Shown: in pieces, positions 13,701-27,200 of the stretch
Position numbering within the stretch: the first letter of the stretch is position 1
Layout: each line of letters opens with the position of its first letter
Origin: Pavona decussata
Taxonomy: Eukaryota
Assembly: GCA_977016875.1 (NCBI GenBank)
Contig: CDRNST010000436.1
Span: forward strand, 1,612,001-1,676,000
Reading direction: 5' to 3'
Length of the DNA stretch: 64,000 nucleotides
Position numbers and translations under genes: made by a program
The notes under the pieces: generated by a model
Told to the model about the DNA's origin: nothing
What the model saw: the letters and a program-made list of their open reading frames with translations, nothing else
Databases searched by the model: none

Positions 13701-16700
13701 AGATCTTCCTTGCAAAAGAAAGCTACTAACCTGGGAAAAGCCCGATAACGCTTATCCCCGATTAAAAATTAACTGAGGTTTTTATCTCGCTAATTTAAAA
13801 TGTTTTTAAAGCAAATTGCAAGGTAATGGTAAACAAAAGTCTAATTCAAAACTGAAGAACAAAAGTCTTTTGGAGGAATCTTTTAGACTCGATTCAAAAT
13901 TTACGTCATCCCAAGAAAAGGTTGAACAACTTGACCCAGTACTTTTCTGTGGTGCTGTTAATTATGTTAATATATGTTGAACGCCGTAGTTCTGACTTCT
14001 GGGTCTGTGTTGGGATCCTAAAGTGTGACAAATAAAATGTACGCTTGGTTTCGCCAACTATGATTGTTCCGTCCTTTCACATGCAGTTGTATTCATGAAA
14101 ACTATTTTCCGTCAGTTCATCTCATGGTACAATGCCTATGACAATTTCTACTGGGAATTAACGGTTGTACCTTTTTCAATTTTCCTTTGGTATCAAATCA
14201 GTACTCGTCCAAACACCGAAGACACGAGTCAACTTCGTTCCGTGTGCTCACAATAGGTCACTGATTGCCCTATTTTCAAATGTTTTTAATGTTATCATGA
14301 TAAGATCTAAGTGTCACTCAACATAGGGATATAAGCAGAACTTACCTTCAAAAGATATTTTGAGAAAATCAGAAACGTCTGCTTTGAAAGCTTGTTTATC
14401 TGTTTTTATTAAGAGATCATGGTAAACAGACAAACAGCCTCACTACCTTTTGCCGACCTTATTAGTGCACCAAAGCTCAAATTCATGGTATTTGCTAAAA
14501 TTTAAACTTTAGGGAAGTCAAAACACGAACACCACCTCATGAACAACATGACAGAACTCGTCAAACGTAGTCATATTCTACAGTTTCATCCACAGACTCA
14601 AAAATAAAATTACATTGTACGTGATCAAAGGCTTCCGCGGGGTATTTAGGGGTCAACCATGGAGACCTCAACAGTTAAGGAGAATGAGGCCTCCTTCCGT
14701 AGGATTCTTTTGTTTTTAATAAATGTTTTTTGTGTCCTTCATTCACTTACTTCAGCCAACTTTGTACACTTATTTGTAAACGCAAACGTTCCGTTGCACT
14801 ATATAAAAGCCATGTTCCTACAAACCTGCACCTCAAGGAAGTTTCTGTATAACAAAGATTGATAGGTGCAGCGCTTAACTTGAAAGCAGAAGAGGTAGGG
14901 TGATATGGAATATCTTAACCCTCTTTCAGCTTTTTTTTGTCGGCTTTTATTTTAATGTCAAAAATAAAAGTGTATAAACCGTGCGATAAGGGAGTCTGCG
15001 ACAAAAAAAGTGATTAAACAGTAACTCGTTGACTTAAGAGTTAAATAAACTTCATATTCACTAATTCTTTTTTAGATAAACATCATAGGGTTACAGTCCA
15101 ATGTGCAAAGTGAACTGAAAAGGCGTTTTTTTTTTCCAATAAAAAAAAAACTTGAGCGCTTGTCATGGAAGCAGAACAGATCATTTAAGGTCAAGCAAAC
15201 ATGGTCTCCAATCAATAACCATCATTTCATATGTTCGTTAGTCGAACTTCCCAGACATGGATCACGGGTGTTCAAAAGTCTATGTTACCGAATATCTTTT
15301 CCTTTTCTTCTTGTTTCTTTTTTTCCTCCAGTCAAAACACTATATTTGAGATCTCCCATAAGTGACTACCACTCCTAGAGACCTCTTTTGTGGTCACTAA
15401 GCAGATGTTTCACTGAATGAAGTATCCAAAACTATGCGTGCACAACAGAATTAAAGGGAGGCGGTATCAGAAACCTAAACTTGGCATAAATTCAATAACT
15501 ATCACGAGGCACACTCCCTTTCATTTGATATTGCAGCGTCCAAACTTCTGCTTGTAAGAGAAGCTGAAAGGGTGTCTTCGTGTCAAACATAAAAATAAAC
15601 TTGACTTGTGATTATTTAGGGTTACGTAATATTGTCAGGCACTTCGCCTCTTTCCACACTAATGCGTTTTCGAAACACTCACCCGAAAGGTTCTTGTCCA
15701 CACTCGTTTTCGCACCGTTTTTCCCCGTTAACGCTAACACACTCGAATTCTCTCATACGCTACTAGGAAACGTTACAATAAAAGTAGATGTGCCCGCGGT
15801 GTCTGTGGCGCGTATTTTCGAAAGCGTCCTATTTCGCTATCACACAATAGGGCTGCGTTGAAAAATGTCTTCACTCTGAAAGAGGTTTTCGATGAAAGCG
15901 ATCAGCGTTTTCGAACACCTTAGTGTGAACGCAAGACCAAAACGTAACAAACTGAACGCGTTTTCGATTTTAATCAATTATCGAATTCTCCGTAGCTCAT
16001 GCATTGTCTGTGACTCGCTATCTACTGTCTGGGTTTTCCCTGCCACCAAGCCTTTGTTTATAGATCGACGAGGACGATTACTTGCAAACGTACGAGGGAG
16101 AGAAAATTGATCCTTCAATTACCATGACTGCCCGGGTAAGATAGATCCACCCTAAACAATCGCAAAAGAGCACAGATTTGAGATTCCTCTTCGAAATGTA
16201 TCGCTGACAAACAAAAGAAACAAAAAGAAAACATGTTACTTAATTATTAGAGTTTTGGTGTTACATTACATGACGCACTCTTTCATTTCCAAGCGTCAAA
16301 CAATCTTTGGGTGCAATTCAAATGAAAGCTTTGAAGTATTACTTTCCTGTCGCGCTATTTATTATGTTTACAAGTTGGTTCTAACTTTTCAGTTGTAATC
16401 GTTCAGTGAAAATGAAAAATGAAAGCCACTGAACAGCTCATTCATGCACACGCTGCTGTTCATTATGCTGTACAAGGTGGTTTTAACGATTAAATCCTCT
16501 AGTGTTACCATTTAAATTTAACCTGCCACGTTGAATTTTTGATTTTCTCAAATTATTTTGGGCTTGGGCCCAGATGGGCGTGTATTTGTCGTTACTTAAG
16601 TAAAAGAGTAAAGGGCTGAGGGGCAGAAACAAGACCCAAGGCTCAAAACATTTTTAAAAGACGCCAGACAGCATGAAACATTTCTGATGACCTCGTCATG

Positions 16701-17776
16701 GTTCACCCATCTCGACATAATTGGCCTAAATTTCTTCACGTCCGTAACACCTGTTGTAAAAACACCCTCCACAATGTTAGCCATCCCTACTGTTTTAGCA
16801 CCTCGACACTTCTTAGGTGTTTTTCTACTTTAGTAAACTTTATAAAATGTTGTACTAGTTTCCCTCGATTTGATTACAATTCTACACAATGACGTAATAG
16901 CTAGACAAAACATGACGCGGCCTTTTTGCTACAATTAAAAGCGTCATTGATTCCATCTGTTCAAGCCTCTTTATTACAAAATCAGTTGGCGATCGTGACA
17001 GCGGGTGGCAAGGAAAGCTATTTCGTTTTAATTAAGTAACAATTGCTGTGCGTACTTCTAGAAAAATTCCACTTAACCTGAATTAAAGTTAACTCATAAT
17101 TTTGTCCCTTGCATCTCTTTAATTAGAGCTACTCTGCAAACCGTTTATATGACACTAGTGCTTTTAACACTTGCTCCATGTTCTTGATACCCTTCCTTAC
17201 ACTTGTTTTTAACGTGTTTACTGATATGTTATAATTAACTTAGTTTGTTGAAAGGAGTCGCTCTTTTCTCGTGGGAAGATTTGAGCTTCGGCATTTAAGC
17301 TATTTAAATTTGTTTACAACAGAGTCAGCGGAGCGTTTCAGTTCACAATAAAGCGTTCAGGTTCAATGTAATCATGTCAACGATTTAAAGCCAAAGGATT
17401 AGAACGTTACTAGGGAGAGCGAGGTGAACGTAAAGGCGAGTTTATGATTAAATTCATTTGAACACTGCTAGAGCCTGCGTATGTGAAGTTTACTTCGCAA
17501 ACAATAAATCATCGATTAATTGTTATGCAATTCATGTAATGAAAGATAGTATTTCCATAGTGATGGGATTTAAGGGGCCGTGAGAGGAGTCTATCCATAG
17601 CAACTGGCTCTCTATACTATGAACCCATTATTGCATTTCATATCAAGAAGTAACAACATAAAGAATTGTTCAAAATTAATCATAAACGGCAGTCTAAACA
17701 ACATGGTGAAGAATTTATCGCAAACACCGTGAAATTAGTAGGAGACGCTAAGGAATCTACAGTGCTAGAATATTAC

Positions 17777-17869
17777 AGGGTAAAGAATCCAAAAGATTAC
17801 GGGGCGAAGAATCCAAAAGAATAGTGGGGTAAAGAATCCAAAAGAGTAGGGGGCGAAGAATCCAAAAGG
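17777..17869 (+). repeat. ~24-bp minisatellite x4
   Basis: gggg(taaa/cgaa)gaatccaaaaga units, with the two variants alternating. Confidence 0.85.
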
Positions 17870-18210
17870 AAAGAGAGCGAAGTCCCAGCCTGAGTTCCGG
17901 TCTAACCTGCTCAGTTCGCCAGGAGGTTGGAAAGAGATGGACAGATAGTGGTTTTCATCCTTTCCTGGCTTCGTCTGATCTCGCTTCTCAAATCAATTGT
18001 AAAGACCATTTAAACACCGTCACTCTAAGTTTATATCTATCCCCTACTGTAAATTTAAAGGGACGCGCATCACGATATTGAAGAAAATAACGTGGTATAC
18101 ATACTTTTCTGTGGACCACCCCATTGAGATTCAGGCGGTGTTCCAGAATCCTATTTTATTTTACCAACCTGTTCGACCCATGTGTACTATCCAAGTTTTA
18201 CTATTTTCAG

Positions 18211-21200
18211 ACGGAGCGATGGAAAACCAAGCTGGACAATCTAACTCGACAAAACCAGCAGCTCCAAGAACAGCTTTTCGACTTCAAATCGAAGTTCAAC
18301 AAACAACAAGACGAACTCTCTTCCACCCAGCGCCGGCTTCGCGAACGAGATTGGGAGGTGGAGTCTCTCCGCCGTGAGCTCAATACCAAGACCAGCACCA
18401 TGGATAAGATAAGAACCGAGAAGATGGTGATCGAGAAGGAACTCGTGATGTTGCGGGATCAGATGAACAGTCAAGTGTCCCAGGTACAGGTTCTGGAGTC
18501 CTCACCCGACGACATGGAGATGTCGTTCCTGCAGGAGACGGTCTCTCAGCTGGAAATTGATTGCAAGAATGCGGTGGACGAGCGAGATATGCTGCAGAGT
18601 GAGCTATCAACGTTACAGGCTAAGCTTGCCCAACTTCAGAATGATTGCGATAGATACCGCAGGCAATCCGAGATGGCGGGGAAGACAGGCAGCTTGACCA
18701 TTAGTCGGTATGAGGTGCAGGTACAGAACGTGGTGAAGCAGAGGGAATCTTTCAAACAACAACTTGATGACCTTCGAGAGGAGTTAAAGAAGGCTAGAGA
18801 TACGATTTCCCGATTGCAACGCGATGTCTTGCAGAATCAGAATGATGCTAACAAGTACAAAGAGGAGTCCATCTTTAAAACACACAGAATAGAAACTCTT
18901 CAAAACCAAAATACAACTCTTGAGGAGAGTTTGGAGAAAGTTAAATCTGAGTTTTCAAAGTGTCAAACAACGGTGGATGTACAAAAGCGGCAAATTGTGA
19001 CGCTGCAAGAAACGATTACGCTTCATGAGAAGACCATCCGAGAATACGAAGTAACGGTGAAGACACTGCATGAAGAAAAGGAAACAGTCGAAAGGGAGCT
19101 AGTTTTGGTGAATGGAAAATTCTCTAACCTCCAAGCATCCCAGGGCAAGCTTCAAGAGCGCGTGAAGGAGTGGGAATCGGTGGAGGTGCAATTGCGGAAG
19201 AGGGTAGGCGAGCTAGAGACGGAGTTGGAAGTACAGAAAGAAAGAGGCCCAGACCAAGTTGATGGACAGCTGGTCAGTAGAGTGGAAGATCTCCAGTCTA
19301 GGTTAGATGAGTCTGTAATGTCAGTGACAGACCTTCAAGCAAGATATGACATTGTCATCAGAGAACGTGATGAGCTTAGAAGGGTTATGGAGAACCTGAA
19401 CTCTAAGATGGTAACCACAACCGATTCGCTGAGACGTGTGCAAGAGGAAAAAGCGGAATTAGAACGCGCTGCTACTACAGACCGTAATAGAATATCAAGA
19501 CTAGAGGTTCAGTTGGAAAGTGCTACTAAAGCGAGAGACGGGTACAAATCAGAGCTTGATTCGGAGAAGAGCAAAGTGTCCCAAATGAAGAAGGAGTTGA
19601 TGGTGATACAACAGGAGTTGTCTGAAAGCCGGAGAGCGGTAGAACGGCTCAACGGAGATCTAGAGAAAAGAGACAAAAGCATTGCAGAGCTGAAGTCTAA
19701 AGTGTTATCCCTGGAGACAAAGGTTGATGATTACCGAGAGGAGGCTGAAAAAATGGAACGAAGAATTCACCTGCTTGAGAGTGAGGCCGAAGAACTTCGT
19801 TCTGAACTGATGGAGCTCCAAAAGAGGTTGGGCGACTCTGAGGCCAACTATAAGATCACAGCTGAGGAAAGAGACAGGATTAACGAGGAGCTTCAAACGG
19901 TGTATAAGGACATGTCAAACTTGCAGTCCAATTACAACATCGTGGAACAGCAAAGGAACGACTTAGAACATCAACTATCATTATTAACGAACAAGATCAA
20001 GAAACTGGACGATGAGGTCAGCAAGGCGAAGAGGGAAAGTTCTGTTTTGAATATTGAGGTGCAAGAGCTTCGGTCGACTAAAGCTAGGATGGCAGAGGAG
20101 ATTGAATCTCTAAAGAACAAGCTTGCTGATCTGAGGAAGCTAGCTGAAGCCTACAAGAAAGAGATTGCTGAAAGAGATAACACAATTGAGCGGCTCAGAG
20201 GTGAACTGACTGCTGTAACATCAGATAAGGACAATGCACTTGCGGAAATTAGTCGCTTAAGAACTGAGAACGACATTCTTCACGAAGAAAACAACAAGTT
20301 GCAAAAAGAACTGGATGCAAGCAGGGAAGAGATGATGCGATTGTCATCCTTGTATGACACTGCAACTCAAAGCAAAGAGCTTCTTCAGACCGATTTTGAA
20401 GTTGTCCAGACGAGAGTGTCCGATCTCGAATCCACATACATGGATTTCGAAGAACGTGATAAAGACGCTGGGGTTCTGTTAGAGGAAGAGCGGGAGAAAA
20501 ATGCGGATCTCGAAAAGAAAGTGCGTGACCTTAGCGACAAAGTGAAATCGTTGGAAAGCCAGCTTGATGATAGACAAAGAGAAGTTGACAAGTTAGAGAA
20601 CGACATGGATGTGGCTGAAGAAAAGATGCTTACACTAAACATCGAGATTGAAAAAATTAATGAAGAGAAGAGCAAGGAGTATCAAAAGCTCCTGGCGGCG
20701 GAAAGCAAGCTTAAAGAAGTGGAGAGAGACCTTGATGCCGCTAAAGATGACAAGGAGTCGGCGGAAAAAGAACTGTACACCCTTCAAAATAAGGTTTCTA
20801 AACAAGAAACGCAACTTGAAACCTGCCGGAGACAGATAGCGCAACTTCGAGAACAACTGGATGCTGCCAACAAGAAGATTTTCGATAGTCAAGAACGCTT
20901 TATTCAAATCGAAAGCAAATCAGCGCAGCACGAGAAGTTTGGCGAGACACTGAATACCATCATAGGAAAGAAGGACAAAACGATAGATGAGTTGAACAAC
21001 AAAATTAGACAGCTTCAGGATGAGCTTGACAAAACCAAACGACAGTTAAACAAGAACACAGCCACCTATGATGTACTGAAGACTGAAAAAGAGGAGCTGT
21101 TAAAAAGGATTACGGTCTTGCAAGGGAGACTCGATGACACTGACCAGGAAATTAGAGCCCTTAAACAGAATCGCCAGGATCTTTTACGTGATGTTAGTTC

Positions 21201-24200
21201 ACGTGATCACAAAATAACAATCATTGAAACGCAGCTCACTAGCGTGACTAAGGAGCGAGACCACTATAAATCAGAAGGTCCTGCTTTGCGAGAGGACTGT
21301 CGCAAGGCGAAGGAAGAACTTATGAACACTAAAAACAATTTAGTAGAGAAAGACAGGATCATTAACAACCAGTCCAAAGAAATTCAAGACAAAGCGAACT
21401 TGGTAGACGCCCTGAATAACTCCAAAAAGAATCTGGGAGAAGAGTTGACAAACTTGAAGAAAGAGCTTGAAAATACCCGAGTTTCCAGTCAAGAAAGAAT
21501 CCGAGAGTTACAAGGCCAACTAAAACAAGCAAACATCAACGTTTCTAAGCTCGAGGTGACTGTGACAACGTTAAGCAGGCAAGGTCAACTAAGTGAAAAA
21601 GATCGCAAAGGGTACGATGATAAAATATTTGAAGTTGAAAATCTCTACAAGGCCACTCAGGGTCGTGAAGCCGACTTGAGAAGTGAGGTTGAAGTCTGTA
21701 ATACAAAGATCGTCGAGTTGCAGACGGATTTCAAAAAGTCACAGAAGCGTGTGTTTGATCTGGAGCACGAGACAACACAACTTCAAAGGACAGTAAGCGA
21801 GCTTCAGAAAACACGAGAGAGAATCGACCGCGAGAAAACTGATTTGAAATATGAGCTTGTCAACGCCAACGCCAGGATCTCAGAGTTGGAACTGAAATCC
21901 GATTACGACGACAAGGAGGTTGCCTCGTTGAAAAAGCAGCTTGAAGGAGCACTGCAAAGGTCTTCCGGTGTGAGCCGAGAAGACTACTTGAAGCAAGAAC
22001 AGCAGCTGGTGGAATTGAAGATGATCGCAGAGACAGCTCAAGACAGGCTGAACGAGAAAGACAACCTGATACGACAGTTGGAATCAGCGAGAGCGTACCT
22101 CGAGGACCAGCTAGAATCTTTGAAAGGTGTCCTCAAAACCACTGAGGAGGACTTTGAGAGACTGAAGGATGAAGTCGGTAGCTTACAAGCCGAAAATATC
22201 GACCTCAATAAAGTCATTAATGAGCTTCATGGTAACTTGAAGAAGTTGACGTTGGAGAAAGATCGCCTTCAAAACGAGCTTGATAACCAAGAGAAGAAGA
22301 TGGCCTCTATGGAAGAGCAACTGATGCAGCTCACTAGAACCGATGAAACTAATAAAGAAAAGATTGCAGAGCTGAGATCTTTACTAAACGAGAGTCGTGA
22401 ACAAAACATGAGCCAGCAAAAGACCATCACTGATCTTCAAATTAGGGTTGATTTCTTAGAGAAGGACGTGGATGACAAGAACAAACTTATTGACGATCTC
22501 AAACAAACTAAGAAGAATTTGGAAGATGAGATCGACGAGCTGACGAAAAGACTTCGTGCTTTACAGAACGACCACAATGTCATGTTGCGTGATAAGGAAG
22601 ACGTAGAGAGCAGTTACAAGTTAATCTCTGAAAAGACGACGTTGATGGAGGACACGTATGAAGCCAGCAAAGGTGATGTGAGAAGACTCACAGAACAAGT
22701 AGCCGTCTTACAGGGAAAACTTACTGACAGAGAGAGCGAAATCAGAGCTTACGAAGACAAGGAAAGAGATCTGTTGGAGAAAGTCAAAGACTATCACGCA
22801 CAGCTTTCTAAACTGGAATCTTCAAACGAAATTCAAAGCGAAAGGATCATGGTTTTAGAGCAAGACGTGTCGTCCTTGAAGGAGGAAATCAGAACCCTCT
22901 TAAACGACCGCGACCGTGCCGTCAGAGAGTTGTTGATTGTCACCAAAGAAGTAGAAGAGAAAACCACCGAGATTACACGCCTGAAGAAAGATCTTGATGT
23001 CACTAACAAAGAGAAGGAAGCAATGGCAGTACAACTTGAAGAGCAAGTTAGTGTTGTATCCCAAAATGAGACACAGCTTCTCAATGCTGAACGACAGCTT
23101 CAGGAGTGGATGGTACGCGGAGACGAAGCTGATGCTCAGCCCAAAGACAGCATCAGAGCGGAGAGAGACTCCCTTCAAAAGGAGGTATACGTCCTAAGAC
23201 AGGATGTGGCTACCATCCAAACTACGCTGGATAAAGCTCAACGTAGGAAGGATGACTTAGAGAAGGAAAACTTTTCTCTGCGGAAGCAAACTACAGAGCT
23301 CGAGATGAAAGTCAAAGCTCTTGATCACGAAAACGAAGACCTCAATCGTGAGCTCATCAAGGATCAGAAGAGAATAGGCGTGCTTGAAGGTGATATACAT
23401 CGGCTTAATGTGGATAAGAACAACCTCCTTAGTGAGCTGGAGAAAACGAGGGGTGTCTTGGACAAACAGCGTGACGAGAACGTGGTATTGCGAAGAGAGA
23501 TTTCTGAGCTAAGGTCCATGGTAGACAACTTCGACAAGACCACAGAGGAAAAGAATAAACAGATTGAATGGTACCGCTCCACAAACAAAAATCTTGAGGA
23601 AGAAGTAACAAACCTAAAACGAAAGATAGCGAGTTACAGGGAAGACTACGATAAAGCCCAGCATGATGTAGCATCCCTCACTTTGAAGTTACAAGAATTC
23701 GAATCTAAAGTCGATGCTCTGAAACACAGCCTTGACCTTGTCGAGAATGAGAAAAACAAACTCAAACAAGAAAAGGCGACTCTTCTGACTTCACTGAATG
23801 AGTATAAGGCAAACTTAACGAACGCCAAGAGAGAGGTAGACAGGCTGCAGAACGAAGTACTTTCAATTAATCGCAAGCTCACCTATCTTCAAGCGAGGAA
23901 TGAAACGTTGGAAGAAGAGAAGGATCGTCTGAAAAAGGAGATAGCTGAACTAAAGAGGGAAAGCGCCGAATTGAGAGCTCGCCTGAACGCTCTCCAGTCT
24001 GACAGAGATCGGCTTCAAAACGATATCACTGTGATAAACAAGAAATACGTAGACGTACAAACAGTGCAGAGCGATAAGCGAGAAAAGAAGCCAACTGATG
24101 CAGCCACTCTTAAGAGACTCAAGGACTTAGAGGAATCATACCAGAAGGTTCTGAACGAGAAGGAAGATGCTGAAAGAAGGTATCTTGATGGAAAAAGGAG

Positions 24201-27200
24201 ACTGTCAAAACTCGAGTTGGAGCATGGAGATTTCAGTCGAATCATCCAGTCGTTAGAGCATGATTCTTCGTTGAAAGCGAAACGGATATCTGAATTAGAG
24301 GATAATCTTTCGGAGTTTCATGGTAGAGATGTAGTGGATGAAAGCGATTACAAGACTCTACGTAAGAAAATGGTTAGTTTGGAACAAGAGCTACAGTCTA
24401 CGAAGAATAAAGTTTTCCGTTTAGAAGCATACAAGACTTCCTATGAAGAAAAGCTGAAGGACCTGCAAGAAGATCTTCTTGCCAGTCAACAAAAGACTGC
24501 TCAGACGGAGACGATGCTGCAGACTAGTCAAGATCAGCTAAACGCCCAACAGAAGGAACTTTTGGAAGCCCTCAAGAAGATGGCTGACTGGGAATCAGCT
24601 TATAAATCTGCCAACAGCACGAAGATTGAGCTCCAACGAACAATGCAGACTGTGCAGAGCAAACTTTTATCGCTGGAGGAGGAGTTGCAGAATCAGATGA
24701 AGGAAAATGCGCAGCTCAAGGGATCGCTGAATCAAACAAGAGCTAGGAATGATAACCTCAGAGAGGAGATCAACACCTTGCAGAAGAAACTGATTGACCA
24801 ACAGAAGTATTACGAGGAGCAAATTCGCGAGCTGGTTGAAAAGAAGGCGATCATCGAGAGGCTACAGGAAGAAAACGAATATTTGGAAACCGATAAGGCA
24901 GAGCTGAAGGAGGAACTCGATCGTGTTAAAACAGGACTGGAGAAAACCCTTATGGAACACCGAGATACGAAGTTTGAGCTTCAAAAGCTTCAAATACAGT
25001 ATACGGAACTAGAGGGCACGATACGGATACTGAAAGATGAGAACGAGAGGCTTAAAATGGAACTTGCATCTCTCAAGAAGCTTTATGACGAACTCAAAGT
25101 ATCTCGCGAAGAGACCATTGCCGTGGAGAGAGTTTCAACTGTCGAAGCGGCAGCACCAGATATGTTCTCGGCTGATCTGAGCGCTGAGTATGAAACCATC
25201 AAGATCGAACGAGATACTCTCAAACGAGAAAATAATGCGTTGCAAGAGAAAGTAAACGGATTGGAAAATTCTTTGGAGGAGGTCAAACAAGAAAGACGTA
25301 AACTGCAAGACAAGGTGCTTGAACTGCAGAAGACAGTGTCCGAGAAAACCCAAGAAATTCAAATCTTAACGGCAGAAAACAAGAAGAAAACGCTAGAGCT
25401 GCAGTCCACGAAACGTCGCTTGGAAGATTTGCAAGAAGAAGCCACGGACTGGGGCCAGGAAAGAGACTTGTTAGTGAAAGAAGTTGAATCCATGCAAAGG
25501 AAGCTGCATGATCTTGTGCTAGAGAGCCAGAAAGAAAAAGTTTCCGAAGTCTCCTCTGAACAGATATTTTCCACCATGGAAGCTGATTATAAGAAGCTGC
25601 AAGATCGGGAGGCCGAGCTTCAGCTTGAACTTCTGGCAGCGTTGAAGAAAGTGTCAACGCTAGAGCACGACTTGGAGACGGAGAGAGAAAAGAACCATGG
25701 GCTTTTGGGCTCAAACCGAGTGCTAGAAGAGAGGATTACCACACTCAAAAGAGAAGTTGTCGAATACCAAACAAGACTCTCCAAGATTGAGCTGGACTAC
25801 GAGGACGTTCATGAACGAAACAAAGAGCTTCTTAACCATGTGGCTGAGCTTGAGGGCCAACTCGAATCTGTTAAAGATTCAAGCAAGTTATCACAGCAAG
25901 GCAAGTCCAGCCTGGAGAATGAGATTACTTCTCTCAGGACCAAAGTGAAGAAACTGCAGATTCAGATTGAAGATGACAAGAGGGTACAGGAGAACCTAAG
26001 GGCTCAGCTTGAAGATTATAAGAACGTGGGTGACAGCCAATCTAGAGAATTCTCAGGTCGCGTCAACGAACTAAGAATCGAGATAGAAACCTACCGCAAA
26101 GAGATCATGGAAAAAGAACGTGCGATCAAGGATATGCAGAACAATCAGGCCGATCTAGAAGATGACATTCATCGATTGCGACGAGATCTCCAGAACAAGC
26201 AGTTAGAATGCGACGATTACTTAAAAGATCTTGAAGGAAGCAATCAACAAAAAGCAGACATGGAAATCGAGATCAACACGCTGCGTGGACAAATACGAAA
26301 CTCTGAAATCCTTGTTGAGGAGCATGAGAAAGACAAGAACGAGCTGAGGCAGAATATCAATGAAGTTGTCAGTAAAGGCACCAATCAAAGCAATGATCTC
26401 AAAAAACAAATAAAAGATGCCACGAATCAAGTAGAGGCTTGCAAGAGGGAAATTATTGAAAAGGAGACTATTATTCGAGAGCTTAGAGAACGTGTGTCAC
26501 AAGCGGAACATCAGCTCCACATTACTAAGACGGAGTTGGAAACGAAAGAAAATGATTGCGAGGATTACATCAAAGACTTAGAAGACACCAAGAAGGACAA
26601 GTCGCATCTGGAGGTAGAATTGCTGGCGCTGAAAAGCAAGATTACCAAGTTGAATGTACAGATTGATACTGAGAAGGCCGAGAAAGCTCACCTTCAGTCG
26701 CAGCTGGTGGACGCGAGGACTCGTGGAGATGAAGAGTCGACTGGTCATGCTAAATTTGTGTCTGAGTTGCAGACGAAACTTGAAAACGCCAAAAGAGATA
26801 TCAGCGTCAAAGAAGACGAAATTGAGCACCTGAAGTACGAGCTGGAAGTCACAAGAAGAGACCTTCTTTCCAAAGATGGAGAGTTCAAGATTTGTTTAGA
26901 AAAAGTTGAACAGATTACCAAAGAGAAATCGGAACTGACTGTAGAGATAATGTCGCTTCGAGAGAAGGTCATTATTCTGGAGGGTGATGTGCAGAAGGAG
27001 AGGGTCGGTAGAGAAGGTCTTGAGAGACAACTTATTGACTCCGCAGCTAAAGGGGAGACAGATGCCAAATTCATGAGTGAGCAGATCGTGGAAATTCAAA
27101 CAAGAGTCGAGAGTTACAAGAAAGAAATCATTGAGAAGGAAACTATCATAGAAAAGTTGCGGTTCCAGACTACTTCTTACGAGCAGGAAGTTGACCGTCT

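Noticed and set aside
16596-16784. 62-aa minus-strand ORF MANIVEGVFTTG...
   Set aside because: No recognisable domain or splice partners.
17777-17869. Short repeats with small variable gaps (CRISPR-like appearance), also 33861-33979
   Set aside because: No unique spacers, no cas genes, eukaryotic context; these are minisatellites.
18124-18210. ORF-track N-terminus MRFRRCSRILFYF... (likewise starts at 10876, 51750, 52372, 53631)
   Set aside because: Non-ATG starts in intronic, UTR or internal exon sequence; splice sites and true ATGs define the exons.
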